Shown piece by piece: positions 41,575-51,686 of a stretch of DNA of 64,000 bases; the stretch's first letter is position 1, and the number at the start of each line of letters is the position of its first letter. Source of the stretch: Candidatus Micrarchaeota archaeon (lineage in GTDB: Archaea > Micrarchaeota > Micrarchaeia > Micrarchaeales > CABMGC01); assembly GCA_021796225.1 (NCBI GenBank), contig JAJYOL010000001.1, forward strand, positions 3,471-67,470, in the 5' to 3' direction. The position numbers and the translations under genes are program-made. The notes beneath the pieces were generated by a model. The model ran no database searches, was not told the origin of the DNA, and saw only the letters and a list, made by a program, of their open reading frames with translations.

Positions 41575-41816
41575 AAAAATCATAAAAGCTTGTATCGCGT
41601 TATAGACCATTACAGATTTTATTTAAATAACTGTCGTATGTACTATAGAATAGTTGGTTTCAATGGCCAAGAAAACTTCGAAGAAGGCTTCAAAGAAGGT
41701 AAAGAAAACCTCAAAGAAGACTTCAAAGAAAGCTTCAAAGAGAAAATCAAAGAGATAATTGAAGCAAAGAAAAACAGAATGGTGGGTTGATTTTATTTTT
41801 TTTCTCTCTCTTTATT

Positions 41817-43124
41817 TCACATTTTAGGCATGAATTTTGAAAGATTCCTTCTCAGATCCCGGTTGTTCTTGAACATGTTTGCGAATTTTTTCATCTTGTT
41901 GAAATCATTAAGCAATTCCCTGACGTCTTTTTCCGTAGTCCCGCTTCCTGCCGCGATTCTTTTTATCCTGTTTCCTTCCCTTACGAGTTTTTCATCACGC
42001 CTTTCCTCTTTTGTCATCGAACTTATTATATTCCCGTATTTTTTCAGTTTCGTTTCGCTGTTATCCAGGGTTTCTTTCGGGACGTCCGCCATGCCCATCA
42101 TTCCAAGCATGTTTTTTATCGGCCCCATTTTGTTCATTGCCTTAAGCTGCGTGTAAAAAGTTTCGAAATTCAACTCAGCATTTTCCATGTCTTCCGGTTT
42201 TATGTTTGCTTCCTTTACGGCATTCTGCACGCTTTCGATAAGTCCTTCCAGATCCGGTATTCCGAGTAGTCTGCCTACGAATTTTTTTGAATCGTAAAGT
42301 TCCAGCGAATTAAGTTTTTCACCAGTTCCGATGAATGCGATCTGTGCCTTTGCTGCGGATACCGCGCTTAACGCACCTCCTCCGCGTCCGGATCCGTCGA
42401 GACGCGTGACTATCACCCCGTTTATCCCTATCGCCCTGTCGAATTCGGATGCCTGCTTTCCGGCAATCTGTCCGATATCTGCCGTTATCACGAGGAATTT
42501 TTCATCGGGATTGAATACCTTATTGATCCCTTTCAATTCCTCTATCAATTCATCATCAAGTGCACTCCTTCCGCTGGAATCGCATATGATTACCTTTCTG
42601 TCCTTCAACCTCACAAGCCCTTCTCTGGCAATTTTCGAAGCGTCAGATTCGCCCTTTATTCCGAAGAAACTGACGTTTGCCTGCTTTGCGAGCGTTTCAA
42701 GCTGTTCATATGCCGCAGGCCGCGTGACGTCGCAGCATATCACTCCCGCACTGAATCCTCGATCCTGGTAAAATTTTGCGAGTTTTGCAGCAGTCGTGGT
42801 TTTTCCCGAACCATACATTCCGGCAAGAAGGATCTTTTTCGGTTTTACCTCCGGGGCATATCCGCGGCCCATCATGGCAACAAGCTGTTCATACACCATG
42901 TTCGTTATGTAATCCTTCGGACTTACGCCCTTGGGCATCTTTTCCTTAAGGGCGGCATCCTCTATTCTTTTCGTAAATTCGAATACAAGACCTACTTCAA
43001 CATCCGCGGAAAGCATCGCCTTCTGCAGCTCTTTTGAAAACTCCCTGATGGTCTTCGCATCTATGATGGTGGCTCCGCTCAGCTTTGCGAGCGCTTTCCT
43101 AAGACCCTCTCCCAAATCCATCAA
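41817..43124 (-). CDS. srp54: Signal recognition particle protein SRP54
   Basis: N-G domain (GMYGSGKTTTAAKLA, DTSGR) and M domain. Confidence 0.9.
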   Translation of the reverse strand: MMDLGEGLRKALAKLSGATIIDAKTIREFSKELQKAMLSADVEVGLVFEFTKRIEDAALKEKMPKGVSPKDYITNMVYEQLVAMMGRGYAPEVKPKKILLAGMYGSGKTTTAAKLAKFYQDRGFSAGVICCDVTRPAAYEQLETLAKQANVSFFGIKGESDASKIAREGLVRLKDRKVIICDSSGRSALDDELIEELKGINKVFNPDEKFLVITADIGQIAGKQASEFDRAIGINGVIVTRLDGSGRGGGALSAVSAAKAQIAFIGTGEKLNSLELYDSKKFVGRLLGIPDLEGLIESVQNAVKEANIKPEDMENAELNFETFYTQLKAMNKMGPIKNMLGMMGMADVPKETLDNSETKLKKYGNIISSMTKEERRDEKLVREGNRIKRIAAGSGTTEKDVRELLNDFNKMKKFANMFKNNRDLRRNLSKFMPKM

Positions 43125-43211
43125 AAAGACCTTGACCTCGAAAATAGAGCTGTTTAAACAGCTGTAACAGACACATTTATTAATAGTTTTTGTTATATAA
43201 AGATATCTTGA

Positions 43212-43320
43212 GGGCTCGTAGCTCAGCCTGGTTAGAGCGCTGGTCTTATACTGCTCTTTTGGTTTAAATCAAAAGGCATAGGCAAGCCAGATGTCGAGAG
43301 TTCAAATCTCTCCGGGCCCA
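43212..43320 (+). tRNA. tRNA-Ile(UAU) with 34-nt intron after position 37 (43251..43284)
   Basis: Acceptor GGGCTCG/CGGGCCC. D-arm GCTC/GAGC. Anticodon stem CTGGT/GCCAG with loop CTTATA|intron|A. T-arm GAGAG-TTCAAAT-CTCTC. Discriminator A. Confidence 0.7.
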
Positions 43321-43427
43321 TTCATTTCTGTCGTCGAATTTTCAATATGAAAAAAAGTTCCGCCGTTTTGACACATGTTTTTGCACTGCAGGAATGTCCT
43401 GCCGCATACGCATGTGTAAAACATCGG

Positions 43428-43610
43428 TTATCTCCTCACGACTTCCTTTGTCTTGAGGGTGTCTGCCTCAATGCCTATCTTGGCATTTGCCGTCATGTCC
43501 TTTCTTTGCAGTTCCAACGTCTTCTGATATAGGAAGAACTGCCTGTCAACTGCCGCATGGGTGCCTATACCGATGCCAGCTACCTTTAGGGGTTTTCCAA
43601 CGTGTGTCAT
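43428..43610 (-). CDS. Small hypothetical ORF inside a 470-bp intergenic region. It may be spurious, and the region may instead encode a structured RNA
   Basis: 60 aa; no family recognised. Confidence 0.2.
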   Translation of the reverse strand: MTHVGKPLKVAGIGIGTHAAVDRQFFLYQKTLELQRKDMTANAKIGIEADTLKTKEVVRR

Positions 43611-43800
43611 GTTTTCACCTCTTATCGCAATCTGTTCTGATGTGAGCCAATACTCCTATTCCGCAAGCCCGAAACGGGCTCATATCGCCTTACGTGGAAT
43701 ATGCGTGTCTAACCTTATTAATGCTTTCCTGGTAACATCTGCCTATATTCTCTTATCTGAACTTTAAAGAACGCCCTGCCACACAATAAACATTTACTTT

Positions 43801-45597
43801 TTACGGATTTCTTTTGTATAAAACAGCCGTATTTGTATTATTCATATCATATGAATTGCCAAACTGTGTTTCCGATTGTGACAAGTTCGGCGAGAATACC
43901 ACATGCAGATTAGTACATGACAGTACTTTGTTATCATATGGTACGCTGTAAATCCCGATAATATAATTACCGGTAAGAGAACTGCAATTGTCGAAAATTG
44001 TCGAATAATTTACATTTACTTTATAATTTGCATAACTTTCAATGATCATCCAATAAAGGAAATTAAATGTATTTATGGATTGGTACACGGATGTGAATTC
44101 ATCTGGATTCAACGCCGGCTGTATCACGTCAGTTTTGTTCAGTCCTGAAACGATATATATCGTAGCATTCTTTGGCAGTGCGGCAATGGCCTTTGAAATT
44201 TGTGACCATCCGTCAGTTAAAATACCATTTTCCTGGTGAATGGCTCCCATCAAAAGAATGGCATTTGCTATCAATAACATATATCCAAATATTATGACCA
44301 TGAGTAAAGCTTTTGAGGATAATGGTATAGATTTTCGTCCTTTTTTGTGTTTTATTATTTCATTAAGGCCTTTGCTTATTGCTATCCCGATGATTATTGA
44401 CAACGGGGGAATCACTATAATCATGAATCTTGGAAGAAATAGCATATACCCGTTAAACGGCAGACTGTCCACCCCGAATGACATATAAGCGGACAACAGT
44501 AAAAACCATGCAATTGGGATTAAAGCGGCATATTGTTTTTGTTTGATTGAGAGAATTACCAGAAAAACAATGCTTATTATCATAGCGTATCCGAAAAATC
44601 CGATAATATTCGGATATACATTAAGTGAAAATTTGGAAAAATCTCCAAATTCGGAAACGAATGGCCAGAAGAACGGATAAGATACGTTATTGTATGCGTC
44701 GTGTAGCGGTAGCAATAGCGAAAGAAACGCACCGATTCCGGGTGTGCTGGAAGATATATATGTACCAGGTCTACCATTATTTTGAAAATGGGTAATGAAA
44801 TAAGCCATAGCATTCGACTGCAAAAGATAACCCAATGTGAATATCATTGCAACTGCCAAAACCATTCCTAAAAGAAACGCAAAGGACCGTATCAACTGGA
44901 CCTTATTCCTATTTTTTACAAATACGTATGTCAGATATGGTATTAGAAACATGAAAACTGTAAAATTCAACACGCTTCCCCCCAATATGCCTGTGAGCCC
45001 TATAAATCCGGACAACGCATAATATCCAATCTGCTTTTTTCTAATTCCCAGTAGAATTAAAAGTACTGCCAATGTTGCGAAGAATGCAACAGGCATGTTG
45101 TCCCCGGAAGCTGCGCCTTCGGCAGCAATCAAGGGCACAAAAATAAATGTACATGCCGAAATCAGACCTGCGAACGTGCCATCAAGAATTTTTGCGATAA
45201 AAAATATGCATATTATCGTTCCAATCAGGCAAATCATGCTAAACAGTCCTTCGGTAAAAAGACTGATTCCAAACAGCCTGAATAGCAATGCCTGCACTCC
45301 TGACAATATGTATTTGGTTAAGAAATTTGCATATATGGAATTGCTGAAACCGTGTGTTGTTATCTGATGTGAAAAATACAAATAATATACGTCATCCATT
45401 AAATCTAAGTACATACCCGGACCAAGAACGGTCTTTATGCTTAGATAAACGCCCAATACCGCAATAATCATCAGGGCAGGGATCCAGTATTTTTTTGTCA
45501 GACGCGTTTGTTTTATTTTTTCGACATTAACAATTGCGCGAACGTATACAGCCAAGGTAACAAGGAATTTTTTAATTATCAAATTAAGCTTTGACAT
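43801..45597 (-). CDS. GT-C fold glycosyltransferase (PMT/ArnT-like, GT39/GT83-like) polytopic membrane protein
   Basis: 598 aa, 12 or more TM helices plus C-terminal extracytoplasmic domain. No WWDYG (not AglB). Confidence 0.55.
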   Translation of the reverse strand: MSKLNLIIKKFLVTLAVYVRAIVNVEKIKQTRLTKKYWIPALMIIAVLGVYLSIKTVLGPGMYLDLMDDVYYLYFSHQITTHGFSNSIYANFLTKYILSGVQALLFRLFGISLFTEGLFSMICLIGTIICIFFIAKILDGTFAGLISACTFIFVPLIAAEGAASGDNMPVAFFATLAVLLILLGIRKKQIGYYALSGFIGLTGILGGSVLNFTVFMFLIPYLTYVFVKNRNKVQLIRSFAFLLGMVLAVAMIFTLGYLLQSNAMAYFITHFQNNGRPGTYISSSTPGIGAFLSLLLPLHDAYNNVSYPFFWPFVSEFGDFSKFSLNVYPNIIGFFGYAMIISIVFLVILSIKQKQYAALIPIAWFLLLSAYMSFGVDSLPFNGYMLFLPRFMIIVIPPLSIIIGIAISKGLNEIIKHKKGRKSIPLSSKALLMVIIFGYMLLIANAILLMGAIHQENGILTDGWSQISKAIAALPKNATIYIVSGLNKTDVIQPALNPDEFTSVYQSINTFNFLYWMIIESYANYKVNVNYSTIFDNCSSLTGNYIIGIYSVPYDNKVLSCTNLHVVFSPNLSQSETQFGNSYDMNNTNTAVLYKRNP

Positions 45598-45654
45598 AAC
45601 TTATTGCCACACAAAACGTATTTATTAAATGGTTATTATCGCATTTATGATAAA

Positions 45655-46707
45655 TTATAACATATCAGACAATGATTTTTTGTACGGATGTCTTGCAATT
45701 CCCTTTTCGGTCACAATGGCGCTTACGAGATCCGGTGGTGTTATATCAAAAGCGGGATTCAACACGGGAACGTCGGGCACCGTGATTTGGAGTTTTCCAA
45801 GCACAGTTCGCACCTCATCGGGCTTTCGCATTTCTATCGGTATGCTGCTGCTCTTCGAATCCACCGTTGACATAGGCGCGGCGACATAAAACGGTATCTT
45901 ATGGTGATTTGCAAGCACCGCAAGCTGATACGTGCCTATCTTATTTGCAACCTGCCCATCCATGAGAATCCTGTCTGCGCCAAGGAAAATCTTCGTTATC
46001 CCTGCATTTTTCATGGCATATGCCGCCATATTGTCCGTTATCAGCGTGACCGGAACTCCGGCCTTCATGAATTCCCACACCGTGAGCCTTGCTCCTTGAT
46101 AAAGAGGGGCTGTGTAAGTCGCAATAACCTTGAAATCTTTTCCTTCCTCCCATGCCGAAAGGATGACCCCTGTTGAAGTGCCTATGCCTCCGCATGCAAG
46201 CGGCCCTGTGTTGCAATGCGTCAGTATGACATCGCCGTCCTGTATCAGGTCCTTTCCGTTCCTTCCCATGCGTATGCTGTCTTCCGTATTTTCCTTTTGT
46301 ATCGCAACTGCTTCCGCAAGTAGCCCTTTCTTTATCGCATCCACACTTCCGGAATTTTTTACAAGTTCCGCCGTTTTTTTGGACATGCGATCAAGAGCCC
46401 AGAACAGGTTAACTGCCGTAGGGCGCGTCTTTGCCAACCTTCCCCTGTCATTTTCGATGTGGCGTGCCATTTCATCAATGTCATTTCCATTGTAGTTGCT
46501 TGCCGAAAGTGCAATGCCGTAAGCTGCTGCAATTCCTATCACCGGAGCGCCGCGTATTTCCAACGTTTCTATTCCGCGCGCGAGTTCCTCTATTGACGAG
46601 CTTTTCTTCCATGTTTCCTCCCACGGGATTCTATTTTGCAGTATCCATTCGACTTTCTGATCGTTCCACCTGACAGGTTCCATGCTTTTTATCTCTCTGA
46701 TTGGCAT
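45655..46707 (-). CDS. eIF-2B alpha/beta/delta-like protein (MtnA / ribose-1,5-bisphosphate isomerase family)
   Basis: Family pattern includes GAPVIGIAAAYG and TGPLA. Start set at Met MPIREIK; the roughly 110 aa N-terminal extension on the ORF track was rejected. Confidence 0.75.
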   Translation of the reverse strand: MPIREIKSMEPVRWNDQKVEWILQNRIPWEETWKKSSSIEELARGIETLEIRGAPVIGIAAAYGIALSASNYNGNDIDEMARHIENDRGRLAKTRPTAVNLFWALDRMSKKTAELVKNSGSVDAIKKGLLAEAVAIQKENTEDSIRMGRNGKDLIQDGDVILTHCNTGPLACGGIGTSTGVILSAWEEGKDFKVIATYTAPLYQGARLTVWEFMKAGVPVTLITDNMAAYAMKNAGITKIFLGADRILMDGQVANKIGTYQLAVLANHHKIPFYVAAPMSTVDSKSSSIPIEMRKPDEVRTVLGKLQITVPDVPVLNPAFDITPPDLVSAIVTEKGIARHPYKKSLSDML

Positions 46708-46846
46708 AATCTCATCCGAAAACTCTACAAAATACAATCCGCAAAGCGCTATGGTAAATCCAGCATCTAATTTAGAACATCCTTTACGCATAAATAAACG
46801 CGTAGACAAACTTATTATTTGTATAATGGTATGTTGACTTGATGGT

Positions 46847-47485
46847 ATGATGGCAAAAGCGAACAAAAACAGTATGCTTGATGACATATACAGGATAATC
46901 TCATTCTCTGACAAGGTGATATACAAGACTTCATCGATAAGACGGTACAATACGACGCAGATAATACAGCAGCAATCCGTCCTAGAACACGAAGGAAGCG
47001 TCGCACTCATCGCCATGCTGATATCGGATTATCTGATTAAGAAAGGAGTGAAGCTTGACACCGAGAAAATAATGCGCATGGCAATCATACACGACCTCGA
47101 TGAAGCCATATACGGCGACATACCCTATGATGCAAAATACGAATTCGGAAAAACATCTGAAGAATTTCGCGCGGCCTTGGAGAACATGAAGATATTCACC
47201 CTTAAGATGATACTGAATACGATCGGGGACAGCACGCTTGCCAACAAGTATTTCGACCTTATGATGGAAGAGAAGGAAAAAGGAACGCTGGAAGCGAGGA
47301 TAGTAAAGCTTGCCGATTACATCGACGTGCTGATATTCATAAATCATGAATTGTCTCTCGGAAACAAAAGCGTTCTTGACATAAAGAAGAAGGCGGAGAA
47401 GAACATACACCAGCTTCTGCTAAAACTTGCCGAAAATGCCGGTCAAGGTGCCACCGGCAAGCCTGTTTTTAAACGTACCAAATAA
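46847..47485 (+). CDS. HD-domain phosphohydrolase (YfbR-like 5'-nucleotidase family)
   Basis: H..HDLDEAIYGDIP motif. Confidence 0.7.
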   Translation: MMAKANKNSMLDDIYRIISFSDKVIYKTSSIRRYNTTQIIQQQSVLEHEGSVALIAMLISDYLIKKGVKLDTEKIMRMAIIHDLDEAIYGDIPYDAKYEFGKTSEEFRAALENMKIFTLKMILNTIGDSTLANKYFDLMMEEKEKGTLEARIVKLADYIDVLIFINHELSLGNKSVLDIKKKAEKNIHQLLLKLAENAGQGATGKPVFKRTK

Positions 47486-47558
47486 ACAAGCTTTTATAGC
47501 AGTTTGCAAACTTTCACAGCGTTTAAATATCAGAAATTACCGCATTATTTCGGATTAC

Positions 47559-48398
47559 ATGAACATTTTCAAGAGTAGACCCGCAAAGGCAACGTTGTCA
47601 GAGCAAACAAGGAATTCTACGGTATCAAAGATTGCAGCCGGAGCAGCCCTTACAGCTGCGTTGGTGTTCGCATTTCCTCCTCACGCTGCATCAGCCGTGC
47701 CTGAAACGGAATCATATACCCCAGCAACAATCTCGGTATTGGATGTCGTGCCAAATCTGGAAAAAGGGCAGACCGTATTTGCAGGCATATCCGGCAACCA
47801 GTACAGCAAGCCCGGAGACGGTTATTCCCTGGAATTCGTTTCTACAAAGAAGGAGAGCATAATCTTCAAGGTATATACAAATCCCGATCTTTCAGAAAAC
47901 GCTCCGAATGGACATCTGATGGGTGAGGCAAGCTTAAAACTCGGCCATACTGTAAACATAACTCCTTCATATTGGAAATATGTTAAGAGCTCAGATGCGA
48001 TGCCTCCTGCAGGATCGCTCTCTATATCCTTCACCGGAGTTAAGATGCACAATGGCGTTCCCGGCGCAGTTCTTGTTTTCGGCTACACCGCTCCTGAAGT
48101 CAAGCTTCCTATTCTTAACGAAGGCGTTCCTGTGAAAAAAGGCACGAACAGCGAAATAATATTTTTCGGTACAAGCAAACACTTAAAGGAAGCAATAGTC
48201 GCAGCACACGACGTTACCCAGTCAACCGGCAAGTTTGTCATACTCAGCCTTGCGGTAACCGGTGAAAACGGCACGTCTGCCGGGCAATCCCAAACGGTAA
48301 CCGTGCCTGGAAGAATGACGGGGATATTCCCTACTGAAGGATCAGGCGTGTCTGTATATGTTGGAAATCCCGAACTTGACATTCTTGTCCGCAACTGA
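47559..48398 (+). CDS. Secreted protein with N-terminal signal/anchor
   Basis: Start assigned at MNIFKSRPAKA..., upstream of a hydrophobic segment AAGAALTAALVFAF. Confidence 0.45.
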   Translation: MNIFKSRPAKATLSEQTRNSTVSKIAAGAALTAALVFAFPPHAASAVPETESYTPATISVLDVVPNLEKGQTVFAGISGNQYSKPGDGYSLEFVSTKKESIIFKVYTNPDLSENAPNGHLMGEASLKLGHTVNITPSYWKYVKSSDAMPPAGSLSISFTGVKMHNGVPGAVLVFGYTAPEVKLPILNEGVPVKKGTNSEIIFFGTSKHLKEAIVAAHDVTQSTGKFVILSLAVTGENGTSAGQSQTVTVPGRMTGIFPTEGSGVSVYVGNPELDILVRN

Positions 48399-48436
48399 AC
48401 GTCTGCAAAATCCGCACAGCTGGAAACGGCATATTA

Positions 48437-49753
48437 TCAGGCCGGAGCTACGCTTTTAGCCTGCGGCTGCGGTTGTTCTGGTTTCTTAATGTTTCTTGAA
48501 GACAGGAAGACTCCTACTCCTGCAGCCACGTTTGAAAGAAGTATTATTATGAATATTAAATTTAGGAATCCCGGGATGTGTATTCCTAACGCTTCAGGCA
48601 ATGTTGCTACTATCGCGGGGGACAATCCTCGCGGAACGTTGAAAGATACCAGCCTCCTGACTCCTGTCTTGTCGTCTTGCATGTATTTTTTAAGTATGAG
48701 CGTGAAAACGCTGCGCAATATTATCATCAGTATTACCGCACCCACTCCTACTCCGAGCATCAGCAGGCTTATATTGTGCAAATCGAAAAGCATCCCGATG
48801 TAAACGAAGAAGAAAGTGCTCGTGAAGAACTCTATTTCACGCTGGTAATCCCTTATGTATTCTATATTCGTGAAGTGGAAGAATGCCTTTATTATCGCAT
48901 TGAATCCCTTTCTTATGCTGTCGCTTTCTTCCTTTTCGTTCTTTTTCTTATGCAATCTTATTGTTCCGAAATTCGAGAATATTATGCTGAATACGAATAC
49001 GGTTATGGCGCCGCTGTAGTTCAATTCCTGTGCTATTCCATAAGCCGCTATTACCATGCTTATCGTAAGCATCCATCCGTACGTCTTGCTGTATTTCTCG
49101 AACCTTTTCAGGACATAAAGCCAAAATATGGCGAATAACGATCCGAGCACCACGGAACCGATTATAACTTCACCGAGCAGTTCCGCCGCACCGTTTAAGG
49201 TTAAGGTTACCTGAGAATTTACGAGAATCCCAAGCAGCAATATCGGAACCGCAAGCTGCAGGGAATCGGACATCACGCTTTCGTATATCAGCGTCGTTTT
49301 GATATCCTCTCCGAGGTTCGCGACCTTCATGATCGAAGGGACTACCGCACTGCTCGGCCCGCTCAATGCGAACCCGAATATCAGCGCTTCTACTATGCTC
49401 CACTTGAATACGAAGAAAGCGACGCCGGCGAGTACAAATCCCGTAACTATGACAAGCAGCATGGTGAAAATCGTACCACGTACTATTATCTTGCGGAGCC
49501 TGTGTATGTTGATGTTCAATCCCACGTCAAAAAGAATGAACGATATTGCTATTGCGGTTATCAGCGGTGCAAGATTCGCAATCGTGCTGTTCGGTCCTCC
49601 ATTTACGATGCCGAGAACCGGTCCCGCAAGCAGTCCTATAAGCATGAGCGGAAGCATCTTGGTTATGTGTATCTTGTCGAACAGCGCATTTATTACGAAA
49701 CCGAGAAACGCTATGCCCGCTATGAATATGAACAGCAGATTAATGTTAATCAT
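48437..49753 (-). CDS. Monovalent cation:proton antiporter (Na+/H+ exchanger family)
   Basis: 438 aa, 12 or more TM; CPA-like pattern. Confidence 0.75.
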   Translation of the reverse strand: MININLLFIFIAGIAFLGFVINALFDKIHITKMLPLMLIGLLAGPVLGIVNGGPNSTIANLAPLITAIAISFILFDVGLNINIHRLRKIIVRGTIFTMLLVIVTGFVLAGVAFFVFKWSIVEALIFGFALSGPSSAVVPSIMKVANLGEDIKTTLIYESVMSDSLQLAVPILLLGILVNSQVTLTLNGAAELLGEVIIGSVVLGSLFAIFWLYVLKRFEKYSKTYGWMLTISMVIAAYGIAQELNYSGAITVFVFSIIFSNFGTIRLHKKKNEKEESDSIRKGFNAIIKAFFHFTNIEYIRDYQREIEFFTSTFFFVYIGMLFDLHNISLLMLGVGVGAVILMIILRSVFTLILKKYMQDDKTGVRRLVSFNVPRGLSPAIVATLPEALGIHIPGFLNLIFIIILLSNVAAGVGVFLSSRNIKKPEQPQPQAKSVAPA

Positions 49754-49892
49754 TGACTTCAGATACTCTTTCTGTGCAAAATAATAAAAAGCACGCCTAT
49801 ACCTTCCTTATTGGCATCGTCTCTCTTTGTTGTTTGGTACAAAATATAAATTTTCCCAACGAGGTTAATTCAGCAAAGAGGCTTGTTGGCAA

Positions 49893-50783
49893 ATGTTACG
49901 GGGAAGAAGCACATCAAAAATCCAGAGCGCAATGGAGTATCTGATGACCTATGGTTGGGCCATACTCGTCATTGCCGTTGTCCTTGGAGTTCTCTATTCA
50001 CTCGGAATTTTCAGTCCTTCGAACTTTGCACCGAAGGCACAACCCGGATCGTGTCAGGTATTCCGCCCGAACGGCCCCGGCACAAGTTATGATGCGAATC
50101 TCGAAGGAACGTGCAGCGGCGAACTGCCTGAATACGTGGCAAATTTCAGCGGAAGGTCGTCAATATCAAACATTAACGTGAGTTACCTTAAAACAAACAA
50201 CGGAACGATAAGTTTGTGGTATAAAGGAACCGGCACAGGAAGACAATTCATTTGGTCAATGGGCACCGACGGCAGTGCAAACGATATGGATTTGATATCG
50301 ACAAGCGGTACCGGCAGCAACGTTATTTTTTATTTTAGGGTTTTCAACGTTTCCGATGTTCAGTTCAATACTAACGTAAGAGTCGATCCGTATTCCCCTT
50401 CAACTTTTTACAATCTAGTTGCACAATGGACCAGCACAAATTCTATTTATTTGTACCTGAACGGCATCATGATTAGCGATAAAGGCGGCGTAGTATATCC
50501 GCAATCTTTCGGATGTCCTGAAAAGATCGGAGGATCCTGTAACGGCCAAGGGCTGATAGCAGACCTTGCAAACGTGCAGGAATACAATACTTCTTTATCA
50601 ACAAATGAAATACAGGCACTCTACCAGGAAGGAATAGGTGGTGCACCGATTAATCTGCAACATTTGGTGGCATGGTTCCCGCTCAACGGCAATCCGAATG
50701 ATTACTCTGGCAACAATAATGACGGTATACCTGTTAATGTAATCTATACTGGAACATGGCAAGGAGGGTATTCCGCACCATAG
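49893..50783 (+). CDS. Class III signal peptide pilin-like LamG protein, paralog 3 (first gene of the tandem triplet)
   Basis: Conserved N-terminus (SKIQSAMEYLMTYGWAILVIAVVLGV...) and C-terminus (HLVAWFPLNGNPNDYSGNNNDGIPVNVIYTGTWQGGYSAP). Confidence 0.8.
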   Translation: MLRGRSTSKIQSAMEYLMTYGWAILVIAVVLGVLYSLGIFSPSNFAPKAQPGSCQVFRPNGPGTSYDANLEGTCSGELPEYVANFSGRSSISNINVSYLKTNNGTISLWYKGTGTGRQFIWSMGTDGSANDMDLISTSGTGSNVIFYFRVFNVSDVQFNTNVRVDPYSPSTFYNLVAQWTSTNSIYLYLNGIMISDKGGVVYPQSFGCPEKIGGSCNGQGLIADLANVQEYNTSLSTNEIQALYQEGIGGAPINLQHLVAWFPLNGNPNDYSGNNNDGIPVNVIYTGTWQGGYSAP

Positions 50784-50792
50784 GTAAGGCAC

Positions 50793-51677
50793 ATGAAATC
50801 AAAACTTCAATCCGCAATGGAATACCTCATGACCTATGGATGGGCAATACTCGTCATTGCGGTTGTCCTTGGCGTTCTTTATTCACTCGGAATATTCAGT
50901 CCTTCGAACTTTGCGCCGAAGGCACAGCCTGGAAGCTGCCAGGTCTTCAGACCTAACGGCCCTGGAACGAATTATGATATAAATCTTGAAGGCACGTGCA
51001 GCGGTGAACTGCCGCAGTATGTCGCACAGTTTGACGGGGCATCGAGTTATTTCAAAACTCTTGGATTTTCTACTATGCATCCAATAACATCATCATCTCA
51101 AATATCTATAGCGTTTTGGATGTACCTTACAGGTTACCCTCCAAACACACTTGACAATAATTTCATCCAAATCAAATCCGATGCGGGCGGTATAAGTTAT
51201 AGGATAGCATATAGCGTTGCAGGAAACGGAGCATGTGCGAAAAATACAGGAATATGGGTTCAAATATGCTCAAGCAACGCCATTCCGTTGAATAACTGGA
51301 CGGAGATAGTATACGCTTATAATGCACTCTCAATGCAAATATATTTTAATGGTAAATATTCTGACGGAGGAAATTGGACAGCAATAAATAACAACTCAGG
51401 AAGCATGTATTTTTTTGTCCCTGATTTTGCAACTGGTTATCAGATCCCTCCTTATCGTATTGCCAATGTCCAAATTTACAACACGTCACTATCCGCAAAT
51501 GATATTTCCGCACTGTATCAGTCAGGCATCGGGGGATCTCCTATCCATATACAAAATTTGATTGCATGGTATCCATTAAATGGAAACACAAACGATTATT
51601 CTGGTAATAATGAGGAAGGGTTTCCAGTTAACATGATGTATGTCGGTACATGGCAAGGAGGGTATTCCGCACCATAG
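50793..51677 (+). CDS. Class III signal peptide pilin-like LamG protein, paralog 4
   Basis: Conserved termini; core AQFDGASSYF...AFWMY...NVQIYNTSLSANDISALY (LamG_3-like). Confidence 0.8.
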   Translation: MKSKLQSAMEYLMTYGWAILVIAVVLGVLYSLGIFSPSNFAPKAQPGSCQVFRPNGPGTNYDINLEGTCSGELPQYVAQFDGASSYFKTLGFSTMHPITSSSQISIAFWMYLTGYPPNTLDNNFIQIKSDAGGISYRIAYSVAGNGACAKNTGIWVQICSSNAIPLNNWTEIVYAYNALSMQIYFNGKYSDGGNWTAINNNSGSMYFFVPDFATGYQIPPYRIANVQIYNTSLSANDISALYQSGIGGSPIHIQNLIAWYPLNGNTNDYSGNNEEGFPVNMMYVGTWQGGYSAP

Positions 51678-51686
51678 GTAAGGCAC

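Noticed and set aside
46708-47016. N-terminal extension of about 110 aa on the eIF-2B/MtnA-like ORF
   Set aside because: Cys-rich and hydrophobic junk upstream of the conserved start MPIREIK; it would overlap the divergent HD-domain gene promoter.
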